64,000 bases of DNA from Camelus dromedarius (lineage: Eukaryota). This document shows, one piece after another, positions 39,336 through 53,824 of this stretch (positions within the stretch are counted from its first letter, which is position 1; every line of letters begins with the position of its first letter). The notes under the pieces were generated by a model. That model ran no database searches, was not told the origin of the DNA, and saw only the letters and a program-made list of their open reading frames with translations. A program made the translations under genes and the position numbers. Where the stretch lies: positions 77,006,001 through 77,070,000 of the forward strand of contig NC_087437.1 of the NCBI RefSeq assembly GCF_036321535.1. The letters are read 5' to 3'.

Positions 39336-40651
39336 AATTGAAATAAGTTTATTGAAAGGGTAACTTTATGCTAACACTTGAATAGAAAACCAGCATTGTT
39401 GTCATATGTACAGGTAAGCATGCAAAAAAATTACCATGCAAATGTAATTTAATACTAGTACTTTGTACTTATTTGTCAAGTGCTCTGAAACCCCTCTCAT
39501 TTCCTTTTTTTCCTAATCTTACTTAGAGTGGTATCAAATATATATAGACACTGTCCAGAGACTCTTCTTTTTAAGTGATCAAAAGTACTGGTGGATAAAA
39601 GAAAATTATTTTGATGTCCTAACCTCAAACTATCTAAAATAATTTTACTCACAATCAGTGTTAACTGTCACCACCTCAACTCCTCATGCACATTATGAGA
39701 AATATTTACACTAGAATGTGATGTATAAATCATTCGAAATCAGGAAATTGGGATATTGTGAGGTACCTTGTGGCCCATACTCCAAACACAACTCTAGATA
39801 TCAGCTCTTCCCAATGCTGAGCCTGTGGCAAGCCTAGGAAAGCTTTTAGCAGGGCCTGGAATACTTCTCTTGGCCAGAAGCCTGAATTGACTTAATGATC
39901 CAGAGAGGGATAGACTTGGACATGACTTTGGAAAAGCCAATGTGTGTGAGGGTTTATCAAACAAAGGACACTTACTGAATGCTTAAAATCTTGCTCTGTA
40001 CTGCTCTTAATGCCTGCCTGCCTGCTTCTGTGATCTATCTTCTTGAAGCTGGAAGCCATGTCCTTTCAATCTATGCATCTCCATTGCCTAACAGGGTACA
40101 TAGCATTTGCAGGATACCTGAATGAATGGCAGTGGCAGTACCAGTACACATCATGAAAACAGAGTATCATGGCACAACCTTGATGAAGTTGGTGGAGCAG
40201 AGAGATGGAATGGAGGTGATGGAAATTCAGGTTGCCGGGTTCATACTGGCTTGTAGTGGGACTGCTAGACTTCAAGATGCTGTGTTCTGTTCTGCTCCAG
40301 CTGTCTAGGGAATGGATGTTTCTTAGGGTGAAGGTTTTCAGACCTTGCTTGAGTATTTCATCTACCAGTTAGCTGTACCTGAATGGAGTTGCCCAAAGAG
40401 ACTCATTAGTGACAGGTGTCCTGGGAGAGGAGTTTATGATGCCTGAAGAGGAAAAGCCTCTTATTTGGGGGATAGATGGAGAATAGGGTTTTAAGAAAAT
40501 GTTCTGTCACCTAGTTAAAAGACACTACATGACCTAACCATGGCCTGAAGAAGACAATAGTGTGTCTAACATTTGATAGAGTTCTTTTATAAATTGGCTG
40601 AGGACCCGCATGGGATATAAGTATCCTTGCTCCCAACTGGATGGATAGAGG

Positions 40652-40685
<34 letters not shown>

Positions 40686-40723
40686 CAGACAGATAGACAG
40701 ACAGACACATAGACAGACAGATA
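40652..40723. repeat. (GATA)8 followed by mixed GACA/GATA compound tetranucleotide repeat
   Basis: Directly visible. Confidence 0.97.
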
Positions 40724-43259
40724 ATACATATTATATTAAAATAATAATAAAATCTTAAAATATAACTTTAAGAACATTTTATAGGACTGGTACATTAAGA
40801 AGGATTTCTTAAGAAGTATTACTTAGTAGTAAGGTACAAGAATGGTACCCTCAAAGGTTTCTTTCCTGATTCCATGTTGGACAAGAAAAGTGAGACCTAA
40901 TGACACATTCATGGACTATATCACATTCTGTTTATGCTATTATCAGAGAAATATTTCAAAGATAGGAAAACATAAGGCACATTGTGAAGTAATCTATAAA
41001 AGCTCCCAGCATGATATCTGGCTCAGTAAGCAGTCAATAAGTATTAGTGTCTCTTCATCTATTAAAATCTCAGGATTAGGAACTCTTGTGCAGCCTGGAA
41101 AATGGAATTGATAACTATCACTGATAAAATAGTTCTACTTTTTAAAAATGCTTAAGACTGATAGAAGAGATACTAAAACTTTTTTTGAACTTTTAACCTA
41201 GATTAGATCTATAATAATGAATAAATGGCAGAAATGGTTTCAGTGTAAAATAAACAGTTTTGTAGTGAATGAAGAGGCTGAATTTACCTCATAGTTTCTC
41301 CAGAGGAATCATTTTATTCAAGCCATGTGTCCACAAAGGAAGTTTTTCAACCATATTTTGCTATTTGGCATGAAAATTGTTTTCTGACTCTGTATCCTTT
41401 GTTTATAAAGCCTGCATGTTTTGATTTGCCTATAGCAGTGTCTAGTAAATGTTTGCAGGCTGAATGAAAGGAAAATTAAGCAATATGGGAGGCAAAGTGG
41501 GCAGGGACGGCTCCCCTTACTTAGCCAGAATCACCATCAGGAAAAACCTGTGTTGGAAACTTCCCTCAGTATATCAGGGGAAAAAAGTGCTAGTACTTTG
41601 AAAAATCACTTTTACAATGTAAGACCAACACTCAGCAAAACCAAGTTGTTGCTGGGTTGCTTTCCCTTGCTCTAAGTGACCTTTCCCCTTCCTCCCAGGC
41701 CCTTTATCTGTATTCGTTCCATTTCTCTTGGTCTTGATCCCGTGCCCTGGTCAGTGTAAACTAAACAATGGCTGAGGTGGATTAACCTGTCTGCTGGACC
41801 ACACCCGTCTCCCTCAGGCTCCTGTTCCCATCAGATCCAATCCCCAGAGCCTAGAGAATTGTCTGGTGTACCTACCAGTCTTCGCTATACTAAATTGAAC
41901 TTCTTGTCTCCCCAGAGTATTTGCTTTTTATCAGAACTCTTAAACAGGATCAGAATAATACATCATTAATGCAAAACTTCAGGATTTAGGAGAGAGATTT
42001 TAATAAGACGTTCTCCCCAGCACTTTTCATGTGCTTTTCACGGAGTTTTGCTGCCTCTGCTTCTGGATGTCATCAACTTATTTTTCTCTTTAAACTTGAA
42101 GCCTCATTGCCCCTTTGAAATCATTTCTACCAATTGATTGTACATAGCCTGTTCTGCCAACCTATACTCTTGGCCCTCAAAATATCACAGTCTGGCCATG
42201 TTCAGACTGTTCTGGGGGCAGGGATAAGTGCGTGTTCTAGAGCATTTCCCATGGGGAAACCCAGCTTGCTAGGAAGTGGAGAAATGCAGCTTGCTGGGGA
42301 ATGAGCCCATCAGACTCCACAGGATGCGTGTACTTTGGGATAAATAAATCTTGATAAATTGGTTCCATCTGAAGCCTTCTTTCTCAGAGTATGAAGAAAA
42401 TTTACAGTGTTTCTCTTAAATAAATGAATGACTGGTGGACAGGGAATAAATATCAATTTTGAATTACCCTTAAAGATCATAAAAGTATTAACTCAATATC
42501 TTACTGTATATTTATAATCTATGAAATGTTTGCATTTTTCCCCATGTGGCTTTTTAAACTGGGATATTTATATTTACATCAGACCTTTCATTTGTTCTGC
42601 TAATGATGTTTGTTCAAACTTGATGGTCTTGAAAATGCATGACTAACCATGGTGTTGCACTATCATTCTTTCAGTTGCCAGTGGTTAAAAAAAATCAGCA
42701 CTGGCTTAAGCAGAAAGAGGATGTATGGATGGTTTCATGTAACTGAAAATTTCTGGCAAGGATAGAAAGAGATGGGTGTGGGAGAGAGAATTGCCCTGAA
42801 GACAGAAAGTGTGTCTCTTATTCTCCATTTTCCCCAGTTTATTCCAAGATTTTGGTACAAGGCTAGGCCCAGAGTACATATTCAACACATATAAATTGAA
42901 CTGATGTTAAATTAATATCTGATTCGGTTCTCACAGTACCAGTTTTTCAGTTTACTATTTTGTTCGATTATTTTAATTCTGCCAAGACATTTTAAATTTT
43001 TTTTCAACTTTTATTTATCTAACTCTAATTTCATTTAACTTCTCTTTGCATGTTATTGTTATCTTTGTATCACAGCTTCTTATGTTATAGATTCATGCTT
43101 CTCTTTTAGAGTGACTATATCTGTTAGTATCACATTAGGTAATCGTAAGCTTTCTAATGTGTTGTCTCATGAGACGAAAGGGGTGAGGGAAGGGACAGTG
43201 GAGCAGGAGAAGAAAGCATTGAGGGTTTATGATGGTTTTACATGCTGTATGTGTATTGG

Positions 43260-43420
43260 CATCTTCAGTCCTAAGAGCAAATGCTTGTGGTAGAATAATT
43301 ATCCCCATTTTACAGATGAGAAAACTGAGGCATAGAATAGTAAGTTATTTGCCCAAGTTTTCAGAGTAGGAGTGGAGGAGCCATATCAGGAAATCATTCA
43401 TGTTAGTAAATTGTTGATTG
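43260..43420 (-). mobile_element. MIR SINE
   Basis: ttatccccattttacagatgagaaaactgaggcatagaatagtaagttatttgcccaag. Confidence 0.9.
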
Positions 43421-45745
43421 GTTGGTTGCTTGGTTTTGGAGCTGAGGGAATAACCTATCCTGTCTTCCAAGGTGCAGTTTTCCTTCAGAGCTTCTATTTT
43501 AATCATTGGTGGGGTTTTAAATATTGACTTTTTCTTTTCTCTATTAAGGAGAAGTGTATTCAAACTAAGCACATTTTGCAGATGGATATTTGAGTACTGG
43601 TTAAAACCCCTTCTCCGGTAGATAGCTTGAGAAGAAGTTAGTGCGCATGTTTCCTGACTGAACCTGCGTATGTAGCAGGTATGTCGCTAGCAAGCCTCAT
43701 GTTCGTAGTGGGACTTTTCCTTATCCTACTAGCTATTCCTCTTAACATGCTGTGTAGGAGAGTGTATGAAAAATTGCACTCATTGCCTTTGGCAGTAAGT
43801 GCTTGTGCAGTTTTCCATTGGAGTAGACCCTGGCTCCCTGGGCAAGAGCTGCACATTAGTAAGAAGCCTGCTGTGTGTCCTCATGTTCCTTCCATGGGAG
43901 GGCGTCATGTCTCATGGAGAAAACTTGGAAGGAAAACCACTTCCCACCCTTCATCTAGCCCCTCCTAACTTAAATTTACTAGAAATCCCTCTTAACATAC
44001 CAGTAATACATGGTATGATCATCTTAATATTTAGATTTTGTGAATCTTTTTCTGGATCTCATAGATAATTTTTTGGAAATTTATAAGGCTATTAGCCAGA
44101 AACCATTTTAAACCAACTTATGCGTCAGGTTCATTGATTTTTCTAACTTAACTGTCAGAGGGTGATCTATATTTCCCTTTCTTATAAGTTATTGGTGGGA
44201 GAGAGGAAATTCGTTTTTCTCTCTTGAACTCTAGCATTATTATTTTACAAACAATTCAATAATATAAAAATTAAGTAAATAGGAGGAAAAGGTTTTAACA
44301 AATGATAAAAACATCTAAGTATAAGCTATGATATTCATATTTAAAATCAATCAATGTCACTCACTACTTATTTTAAATTTAATATTGTTTCTACTTTAAA
44401 GTTAACATTTATTTATGTAATGATTTACTTTGCTTCCAGGAATTGAGACATGGAAGGGCCTCAAAGGATTCATAAAATTCATAAATTCAGCAAACGTAGG
44501 TACTGACTGAAAAACAGTTGCAGTGCTCTGGGATTCTGAGGTCAGAGTACTAGGGCCTGAAGTCACAGTACTAGAACTGTGCTCCTCCATAATCTGTTTT
44601 TCTGCAAATAAATCACTTGTTCCATTAAGCCTCAGTCGTCTCTTCTTTAGAATGGGAACAATAAAATATTTTATAAGATCTATAAAATTACATAGAGATA
44701 AGAGAGTATAGATAGAAATAAGATTCCAGATTTATAGATAAGAAATGATCTTGAATAATATCTAGGGAAATGATTTGAAGTAACAAATACTATAGAAATG
44801 TAGGAATTATCCTTATTAATCATTATGAAATACTTATTTTGTTTTCTGTTGCAAGCTATTTTAAATAATATTGTTTAGAGATAACTCAGGTGCTCAATTT
44901 TTAACAACTATTCTCAAAGAAAATGTCACCATTAGTTTTAAGGATGTCAATTCCCCATCTTACTTTTGAACTTTCACATGCAGATTAAAAATAGAAGTAG
45001 TTCAAAATATGTCACTTCACATCTCTTTTTTCCATTTGACCAAAGTCAGGGTCTATACTTTGGTATTTTTGTTTTCCAGTAAGAAGAGTCTACTTTCATG
45101 ACCAAGTTATAAACTATAATTTGAGCAGTTTCATCTCTTCTTAAAGACAAAACTGCACAGTAAAGTTTTGTTCATTTTTTCCCTGTTAATTTAATAGCCT
45201 TTCTTTAAAATGATATTTTAAAGAAGATCTTAACCTATTTGAATATAGCCTAATATTCTATTACATAAAATCTAAGATTTAAAAATTCTCTGGAGAATAC
45301 TCTCCATTTCTCCATTTAACTCTCATCTCCCGCTGATGTCATCGTCCATGTCAGCCAGGATGGCTTGTTTGTCAACAAGTTTCACACATTCAAATTTCTA
45401 AATCAACTCACCTGTCATTTCTTATGAACAAATGCTCTCTCTCCCTTTTCTTACCTAATCTTACTCCTCTGCTAAAAGCCCGTCTACTCTGTAAAGCTCT
45501 CCAAGCATAATGACATCTGACTCCAGGTGTTCAGCAGTCCACTTCTACCAGCTTTCCCAAGAGAGTGTATTTGAATTTTTCATATTTCACTGCAATATTA
45601 GCCGGTACTTTTACATACTGACATATGCATAACTGGTCAGATCTCAACTATGCATTGTTTTTCAAGAAACTTCTGAGTGAAATCACTGATTGATTAATTT
45701 TAGCAGGTCATCTTTTCACTTTGTCACCTTTGAGCCTATTATTTC

Positions 45746-46042
45746 TTTTTTTTTTTTAACATTTTTTATTGATTTATAATCATTTTACAATGTTGTGTCA
45801 AATTCCAGTGTAGAGCACAATTTTTCAGTTATACATGAACATATATATATTCATTGTCACCTTTTTTTCTCTGTGAGCTACCATAAGATCTTGTGTATAT
45901 TTCCCTGTGCTGTACAGTATAATCTTGTTTATCTACTCTACAACTTTGAAATCCCAGTCTATCCCTTCCCACCCTCCGCCCCCTTGGCAACCACAAGTTT
46001 GTATTCTATGTCTATGAGTCTGTTTCTGTTTTGTATTTTTGC

Positions 46043-46077
<35 letters not shown>

Positions 46078-46381
46078 AGATTCCACATATGAGCGATCTC
46101 ATATGGTATTTGTCTTCCACTTTCTGGCTTACTTCACTTAGAATGACATTCTCCAGGAGCATCCATGTTGCAGCAAGTGGTGTTATGTTGTCGGTTTTTA
46201 TGACTGAGTAGTATTCCATTGCATAAATATACCACCTCTTCTTTAACCACTCATCTGTTGATGGACATTTAGGCTGTTTCCATGACTTGGCTATTGTAAA
46301 TAGTGGTGCTATGAGCACTGGGGTGCAGGTGTCATCCTGAAGTAGGGTTCCTTCTGGGTATAAGCCCAGGAGTGGGATTCC
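45746..46381 (-). mobile_element. Youngest-looking L1 in the window (camelid type), 5'-truncated, 15-bp TSD
   Basis: Poly-T head; uninterrupted ORF2p C-terminus GIPLLGLYP...LFTIAKSWKQPKCPSTDEW...YHMRSLICGI*; TSD tgagcctattatttc at 45731-45745 and 46382-46396. Confidence 0.96.
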
Positions 46382-46629
46382 TGAGCCTATTATTTCATAC
46401 ACAGAAAAGGCATTTAGTAAATATTCATCTTTTCTTCTGTTATTTCTCCCCTCATTTCATGAGTAAAGAGCCAGACTTTGATCTTTATCCATTACAACAC
46501 TTGAAAAAAATAATTTATTTTCCTTACCTATTCCCTTACAGCATAGTTATGCTCTAATTTTACAAATGGCTGTTATGTTTATGTGTCCATCTATTGCCTG
46601 TAGATAACTCTTTGATGAGGATATAAGGC

Positions 46630-46990
46630 ATCTTTTTATAGATGAGGAAACAGAGGCTTAATTAGTCCATGTAACTTGACTGAAATCACACAACTTGAAG
46701 CATGTCAGTAGGTATTCGACCTGGTTCTAGAATGACTGAGAGGCAGATCAGTGGCGGTTTCAGAGCAGGCTCTGAGATTAGGCCGCCACGGTTAGAATTC
46801 TGGCTCTTGCACCTATGAGCCGTGTCACATTGAACTGACTGCTTGACTTCTTCTTCCTTATCTGCGGAAAGTTGAGTGTAATAGGACTCACCCCCTAGGA
46901 CTGATGTTCTGATTCAATCAGTTAGTGTATGTAAAGTGCTTACAACACAGGGGTGCCCCCTCCGGAGTGCTCAGTCAGTATCAGCTGCTG
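46630..46990. mobile_element. Two MIRs in opposite orientation
   Basis: tttatagatgaggaaacagaggct (antisense) then ggctctgagattagg...gtatgtaaagtgcttacaacac (sense). Confidence 0.75.
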
Positions 46991-48537
46991 ATCTGAGTGA
47001 ACAGGAAGGATAAGTGAAGGCTGAAGGAATAAGTCCTTCACTCTAATTCGGCTGAGCTTGCTTCATTTAACACAATAAACTATGAAAAAAATGACAAGAA
47101 AATACAAAATAGAAGAAACCTACTAGCAAGCAGGAGAACAATTTTATAGGAGTAGGTTAAATTAACAGTAGCTCTGTTATGTCCACTTGCATGACATAAG
47201 GCACTAAAAATTATACAATGAATTGTAGGGGCAGGGGATGCTGACGCAGCACCCTCTGAGGATAACACCATTGCCCTGCTGAGGATGATCTGATGGCCTC
47301 TCTGACTAAGGATACAATAGGAAAGTCCAGTTCAACTGCCTTTTGAGTACATTTCCTGAGACTTTGTCAAGCTCAACTGCACAGTGACACCTGCTAAGTG
47401 TGAGAGTTGTTGACTCTTTCCTTGGGAATAAAGCAGCAACCAGCATGATCTGTAAAATTTGTTGACAACTGGATCTTCGTGTGCCATTGGCCAGCCAAAG
47501 GGCTGGTTCTTCTGAAGGACACAAGCAAAGACAAGCAGAATCTCAGAATCTTTATAAAGTGGTTAGAATCTGCTATATTAGCTGTCTACTTTAATGGAAA
47601 TTCTTATTGTTTTGTGCAAAGGAACTTATTTTAATTAGAATCATACCAGATAACTAAAAAAATTATGTGATAGGTACGATATATATTATCATGGATTGGA
47701 ACTCCTTAAATAAAATTGAAGGATTCATTTAGGATAAAAATGTTCCCCAATTTATTGAGAAAACAGTCCCTCCAACACAGAAGATACACTAGCTGACAAG
47801 ATTTACATAGTGGGTTGTTTTTTTTTTTCAAGAGAGCCTGACATTGTACAAAAAAAAAAAAACCCTAAAAATATTTAATGGATTTAAATTTAATAGTTTT
47901 AAGTCACTGTGTTATAAGCAGACAATTCTGGATTTCTGTTGTAGGGAAGACTGTCATAATCATACAATGATAATGATTTATCCACATTTGGCAAAGTGCT
48001 CATCAATAATATATAGAAATTAAATTAAGTATAAGATATTAGATAAATACTTTAAGGACTATTACCCATTCATTTCTCTTGTTTTATTTTCCAAGTCCTA
48101 TTCCTGTATCATTTTAGATAACCAGAAGATATATCTAGACTTTCTTAGCTAAGCTCACAGTCCATTGTTCTTACAATTTTTCTTGGCTTTTAGTAAGACT
48201 TACAAGAAACAGTTAAAAGATGGATACATGTTCTTCTGCTGAAAAAATATGTTAAATTTTCCTTAGTATGGAAGTTTCTAAGAAAACATTTTTATTCTGT
48301 AGAACTTGGCATTTCTGTTTATCTTACAGTGAGAAACATGTAAACCCATGTGGTTTCATTTTTACTTTGATTCCCCCATGTTCAAAATAAAATTGAGTGT
48401 TCAAATATAGTAATTATTGCATCTAAGTTCTTGGAAGAATTCTTTCTCTTTCTGTCTACTGCCCTCATTTAATTTTACAAGTACAATGGCCTGAGTGTCA
48501 TGATATTTAATAAGGGTTTGTTTTTAAAGCAATAGAA

Positions 48538-48690
48538 AAAGAAATGATAATAACATAATATGATAGAGGTGTTAACTAATGCTATAGTGGTAATCATATT
48601 GCAATATGTAAATGTATCAAATCAACATGTACATCTTAATTACACAATATGCTATGTTAATTCTATCTCAACTTTTAAAAAATTAAAAAT
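48538..48690 (+). mobile_element. L1MA-type 3' terminus
   Basis: gatagaggtgttaactaatgctatagtggtaatcatattgcaatatgtaaatgtatcaaatcaacatgtac. Confidence 0.8.
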
Positions 48691-49789
48691 GAAAACCAAT
48701 AAATTTGTAAATCATCTAAGATCATTTGTGTAGTTGACATGGTGAAAATTAAAAATAAACAAATAAATAGTAATAAAAAATTTTAATTCTAAGACCATAG
48801 GCTACAGATACCAAGAGAACCAAGAATACACTCGATTTGTGATAAATGTGATTAGAGAAACTGAGTAAGCACTGCCAAGCAATTGATATTCAGAGATTGA
48901 ATGCAAATATTAGTGAACCAATAGGACTTGATTTTGTAAGAGAACAATAGGACTAGTAATTACCATGGAAATGTATAAAAATGGTTGTAATGAGATTATT
49001 GATTTTTTTACTTTCTCCAAACACGTTTGTAGATTTCAATATCCCTTGAGTGATTTTTCCCTCTTTAAATCTACACCCAAAACTTACCATGAGGAAAGAC
49101 TAGGCAGTAAAACCAATTCTTTGCCCCGAAGAATGCTTCTTAGTAAAATGGAAAACTTGTTACTAGATGGCTCCATCAATATGTGTCTTATGATAGCCTA
49201 TGTTATCCCAGCTTTAAAGTCAATATTAATTTAGAGCATCCAAAAAAATTGCTGCTGTTTTTTAAGAACAAAATAATAGCATTACTGAACTTTTGTAACT
49301 TTAATAACACATTATAATACAACTTCACACTTATAAAGTCACATTGTGTTCAACTTCAAAATAATAAATCACATCAAAATATGAATATCATTTACTCCTT
49401 ACAAATGAAAAGATGTGATTTATAATGTCATGCTTTGAATGTAAGGGCAGGATACCTTTATCAATCATCTAAATAAGCTACATTATTTAAGAGCTTTTTG
49501 AAGGCAAATACTTTGAAAACATTTTGCTATTTGGCTTTCCTAAACAATGAAAACTTCGTACACTATCTCAACTACCCATACATCCATATTTTGGCATAAC
49601 AGGCTTTGTCTATTGATTGCTTGATATTTGGAGGTATATGCCTCATAATAATTCTCATTTTGACAGCATACTGAAAACGTCAGGAAAAAAACAGAAGACT
49701 AGTGAGCCTAGGAATAAATCATACTAAACGGTTAAGTCTTATAAGCTTCCCAGGCTTTCACATGCTAGGTCATTGGGTCATTTATATCT

Positions 49790-50010
49790 GGAAACAGAAA
49801 ACTATTTGTCCTGTGGACAAAATCTGATACACCACCTGCTTTTGTAAATAAAGTTTTGTTGGAACATTGCTGTGCCCATTTTGTGACATTATCATCTGTG
49901 GCTGCTTTCTCATTACAACGGCAGAGTTGAGTAGCTGTGGCAGAGACTTACGGCCCTCAGAGTTTAAACTATTCACTGTCCTTCCTTTTACAGAAAGTGT
50001 TCACTGATGT
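49790..50010 (+). mobile_element. MER58A hAT MITE
   Basis: ttttgtaaataaagttttgttggaaca...ggctgctttctcattacaacggcagagttgagtagctgtggcagagac. Confidence 0.88.
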
Positions 50011-50279
50011 AGAGCATCTTGGGAATGGAGCCTTCATTTTTTTTCAGTGATAGTTGCTTTAGGAAATTTTTTCTTAGATTCCAGGAACAGAATAAAGCAG
50101 TCATTGCCTTTCTGTTTAATAAACATATTTTGGACAAGAAGATAGCATATTACAGTCCTAGATATTAGGGTGGTAACTCTGGTTCCTGACCACTTTTTAT
50201 TATGTACCCGACACTATACCAAGACTTTTACGTGGATTAATTCTCACATCATTGCTTAGAGGTTGTTGTTCTCAGGTAA

Positions 50280-50695
50280 AATTATTGTATTAATGGCCCC
50301 AAGTAATAGCCTCCCTTTGTGCTGTAACTTTGTAGTTTCCCTCCATTTTGACTCTGGGATAATCCTGTGAATTTCTTTAGCAGAGTAACACTAGCTAATT
50401 CTGAGCCTAGTCTTCACAATCTTAAAGCCCTGCCATTGATATGAGGACTAATCCAGGTTAAGAGACCATGTACAACAGAGCTGAATAACCCAACTAAAGC
50501 TATCCTAGACCAGCCAATCCTCAACTAACCTACCAGCTGAGAGCACCTGCCTGAATAAGTCATGCTGAGATCACTCAAGTCCAGCCCAGAACATCAGATC
50601 AGCCCAGATAACCCATAGAGCCATGTGAAATAACAAATGATTATGCTACTAAGTTTTTAGATGATTTGTTACACAGCAAGGACCTACTGATGCAG
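50280..50695 (+). mobile_element. MLT1H-like MaLR LTR inserted into an antisense MIR (~50190-50830)
   Basis: atcctagaccagcc...ccagctga; ends ctactaagtttttagatgatttgttacacagcaa; MIR halves on each side. Confidence 0.75.
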
Positions 50696-51679
50696 TATTA
50701 TTTTATATCCAACCTTCCATACAAGTAAATTGAGGCAGCATTGGTTAACTAGTTTGGTTAAGAATGAACAGATAATTAATGGAGAAGGCAGGATTAGTAA
50801 CCAGTAATCAAACTCCAGAGACTTTAAAAACCATTAAGATCAGGGTAAAGGAAACTATATCTGAAATGAGTGGGTGTAAGGACTCCTTCCTATTTCTTAC
50901 TGGTGAAATGTGGTTGGAGGAGATTAGACAGATCCTATTACCACCTCATCTGTGAGAGTCAGTAGTGCAGGGACTAGTCAAGTAATAGCATTGTCTGACT
51001 GAGAGGCTGACGGATAAAGCAATATGTTCCATCCTTGCTGTAGTAATAAAACTCCTGAAACGGTCCGTAAAGCTCAGTAGCCAAAGGGGAAAAGTAGATG
51101 AGCCACATGGAGATGCAGCAACCGTCCCAGAGAGGAGCTGGAGCTAATAAATCAGAGGTGGACACTTGGTGCTGAGAAACTTACACTGACAGAAGTTTGC
51201 TAAGCAGAAATTCGCCAATAAATTTCATATTTTGAGTAAAAACATATACCTTATTATACTCAATGTGAAATAATAGGCAGGAAACAGTACAGAAAGATTC
51301 CCTTACTGTTTTCTTTATGATTGCCAGAGCATCTTTTCATTGCCTATGTGAAGTGAACTTTTCTTTGTTTTTTTGTTTGTGTGTGTGTCTGTTTTTTGTA
51401 TATTGGGAATTCTGTGGGAAGTGAGTATGATGGTAGAGAATGTAAAGCAAGGTCCAAACTGCAGAAATGGAAGGAGAAAAGAAACCCTGCCCCACAAAAT
51501 ACCATGAAAATTTCCCCAGTCATAAACAAGGCTAAAGAGACACCTGTGACCTACCTCCTAGGTGGAACCAAACAATGAATCTTGCACAGTGTAGTCACTT
51601 CCTTTGTGGATTTAATAGGAAATTAAAACCTAGACTTTGTTTCACATGTAACAGTATCTGATGACAAGAGCTAAGCAAT

Positions 51680-52100
51680 TTTTCTAATAGTGAAAAACAA
51701 AATAAAACAAAACTGGAGGCACTTTAAATGTCCACTGAGTAAATATTGAATAAATAAAAATTGTGATATTTGTGCAATGGAATAATATTCAGCAGTGAAA
51801 ATAAAGTAACTCTATCATCTAAGTGAATGGGCACAAATTATATTAAATAAACAAAGTAGATGGCAAAGTGTATGATTTCATTCATTAAAAAAATTAATAA
51901 ACATAAAATTAAATACTGTTGCTTAGGGATACAGACAGGGGATAAAACTCAAAAAAGGAATGGCCTACCTCTGGATGTGAAATAAAGGAGTTGCTATTTG
52001 GGAGAGTTGCTTGGTGCCTCAAAAGCAGTGATAATTAGTTCCTATTGGGAGAAAAATATACCCATGTTCATTTAAAAATACTATATATGCCTTACGTATA
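51680..52100 (+). mobile_element. Old L1ME 3' fragment
   Basis: aaatgtccactgag...tgcaatggaataatattcagcagtgaaaat; gtatgatttcattcatt. Confidence 0.7.
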
Positions 52101-52499
52101 AGCTACATGTAGTGTAGATTCAACATGTAATAACTGTAAGATAGTGTCTTCTCAGGACTGATTAGTACATTTGTTTCCATAATAAACTACAACTTTCCTT
52201 GGTTCACATTGCCTTCATATGAAATGGTGTCACTGACATTCTTATGTGAGTGACAGTGGAATTGGGACTCTTCATCCATTTTCAGAAATTACCTGTAAAA
52301 ACAATCTTTGGTCCACAAACACTGAACTGAAGGTATGCCAAGATATGAGTCCATTTTGATGCCTGCATGTCAAGCACATCATAATAATTTAGTTTTCTTT
52401 GAGACATCTTGAAAATGAAAGTGATGGAATATTGAATTAAAAATAGCAAAGAACATGAGACAGTCCGTTAGTAGGTTCAGTGTGCGTGAAAGAAATGGA

Positions 52500-52760
52500 A
52501 AGGCTTCCAGTAATATAGCTGGGCTTTACATCGTAATAAACGCATGACAAGGGTCTCTTTGTTGCCTCCAGAAACTACAAAACTCTATCGCCCTGGGCAG
52601 GGTGGGTCCTGCTCTGAGAGCCGCTGGGCGGTGACAGGAATAGCTGCATAAATGATGAAGATTGTGCTTGCTCCCAAACTGCTGAGGACACTAGATATTG
52701 ATTATATTTTCTTGCCTCCATGGCAAATCCCGCCCCCTCCTTTTTTTCCTGTGTCTTTTT
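52500..52760. promoter_or_regulatory. Candidate weak promoter/enhancer (GC boxes, retained CpGs)
   Basis: Locally GC-rich, non-repetitive; gggcgg at ~52626 and cccgcccc at ~52728. Confidence 0.3.
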
Positions 52761-53028
52761 TGGTCCTTATTGTTCCTCTCTCAAAAGCATGAAGAAAAGA
52801 TCACATACACACACTCCTATACATGAAGAAACTCTGCAGAAGTGCTGGCACACTCAGAGAGGAGCACAGGTCTTTTCCGGCACTGGAAGTTGAGCCAGGC
52901 TGCTGGACAAATCTGATAGAAAAGCATTCCCTCTCACAATGCAGTTCTTGCAGAATTTGTGACAGCTGTCTAGAGTAGCCAAGTGTCTGAGAGGAGAGAA
53001 GTTTTCTCTAATAAGAAAGATTCATTTA

Positions 53029-53336
53029 TTGTTACCAAATGGTAAAGGGAGATGGGAGGGATTAATTAGGAGCTTGGGATTAACAGATACACACTACTTT
53101 ATATAGAATAAACACCAAAGTCCCAATGTATAGCACAGGGAACTATATTCAGTATCTTATAATAACCTGTAATAAAAAAGAATCTGAAAAAGATATATAA
53201 ATAACTTAATCACTTTGCTGTACATCAGGAACTAGCACAGCATTGTAAATCAAGTATACTTCTCAATAAATAAATGGAAAGAAAGGAAGGAAGGAGAGAA
53301 AGAAAGAAAAAGAAGGAAAAAAAGAAAAAGAAAAGG
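53029..53336 (+). mobile_element. L1 3' end (cetartiodactyl type) with purine-rich tail
   Basis: gtatagcacagggaactatattcagtatct...cactttgctgtacatcaggaactagcacagcattgtaaatcaa; aataaa then 61-nt pure purine tract 53276-53336. Confidence 0.88.
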
Positions 53337-53824
53337 CTTAGGGACAGGCTTCTAAGATCCCCAAGCATTCCACACTATCTCAAAACTCCTTCCAACTTCA
53401 ATTTTGAAATCAGAAGGTGCAGGAAAAAAAGGTACTTTGGAGGGCAGAAGGGTAGTTTATGATGTTTCTCTTTTGATGGATTACCTGCTCTCTGGTACGG
53501 CAACTGAGAGAGACTGCAAGGTTACGGGGAACATAAAGCGAAGAAGAGCAGTGGCATTTCCTGAATTCTACACAGGTCCTGCAGCTTTGATACATGACTG
53601 CCCTGCACAAGGCCATCAATTCTCTGTGCAGCACCACACAGAGTAGAATATGTAATTTGTATGATTATAGTTATCATTATTACATCAAGCTGAACAACAT
53701 TTTCAGCTCTGTGAACTAGAGGGGAGGGTGTTGGATTCAGACTGACAAAGAAAGAGTGCAAAGAAAGAAGAGAGTTTTAGAAATTCCTTTTATTCTCTTT
53801 TCTGCTGGTTTCCAATTCTTGACA

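Noticed and set aside
49088..49140. Extra minus-strand exon (ATG|gtaagt donor) that could extend the speculative ORF
   Set aside because: Fits either phase depending on acceptor choice, so it adds no evidence
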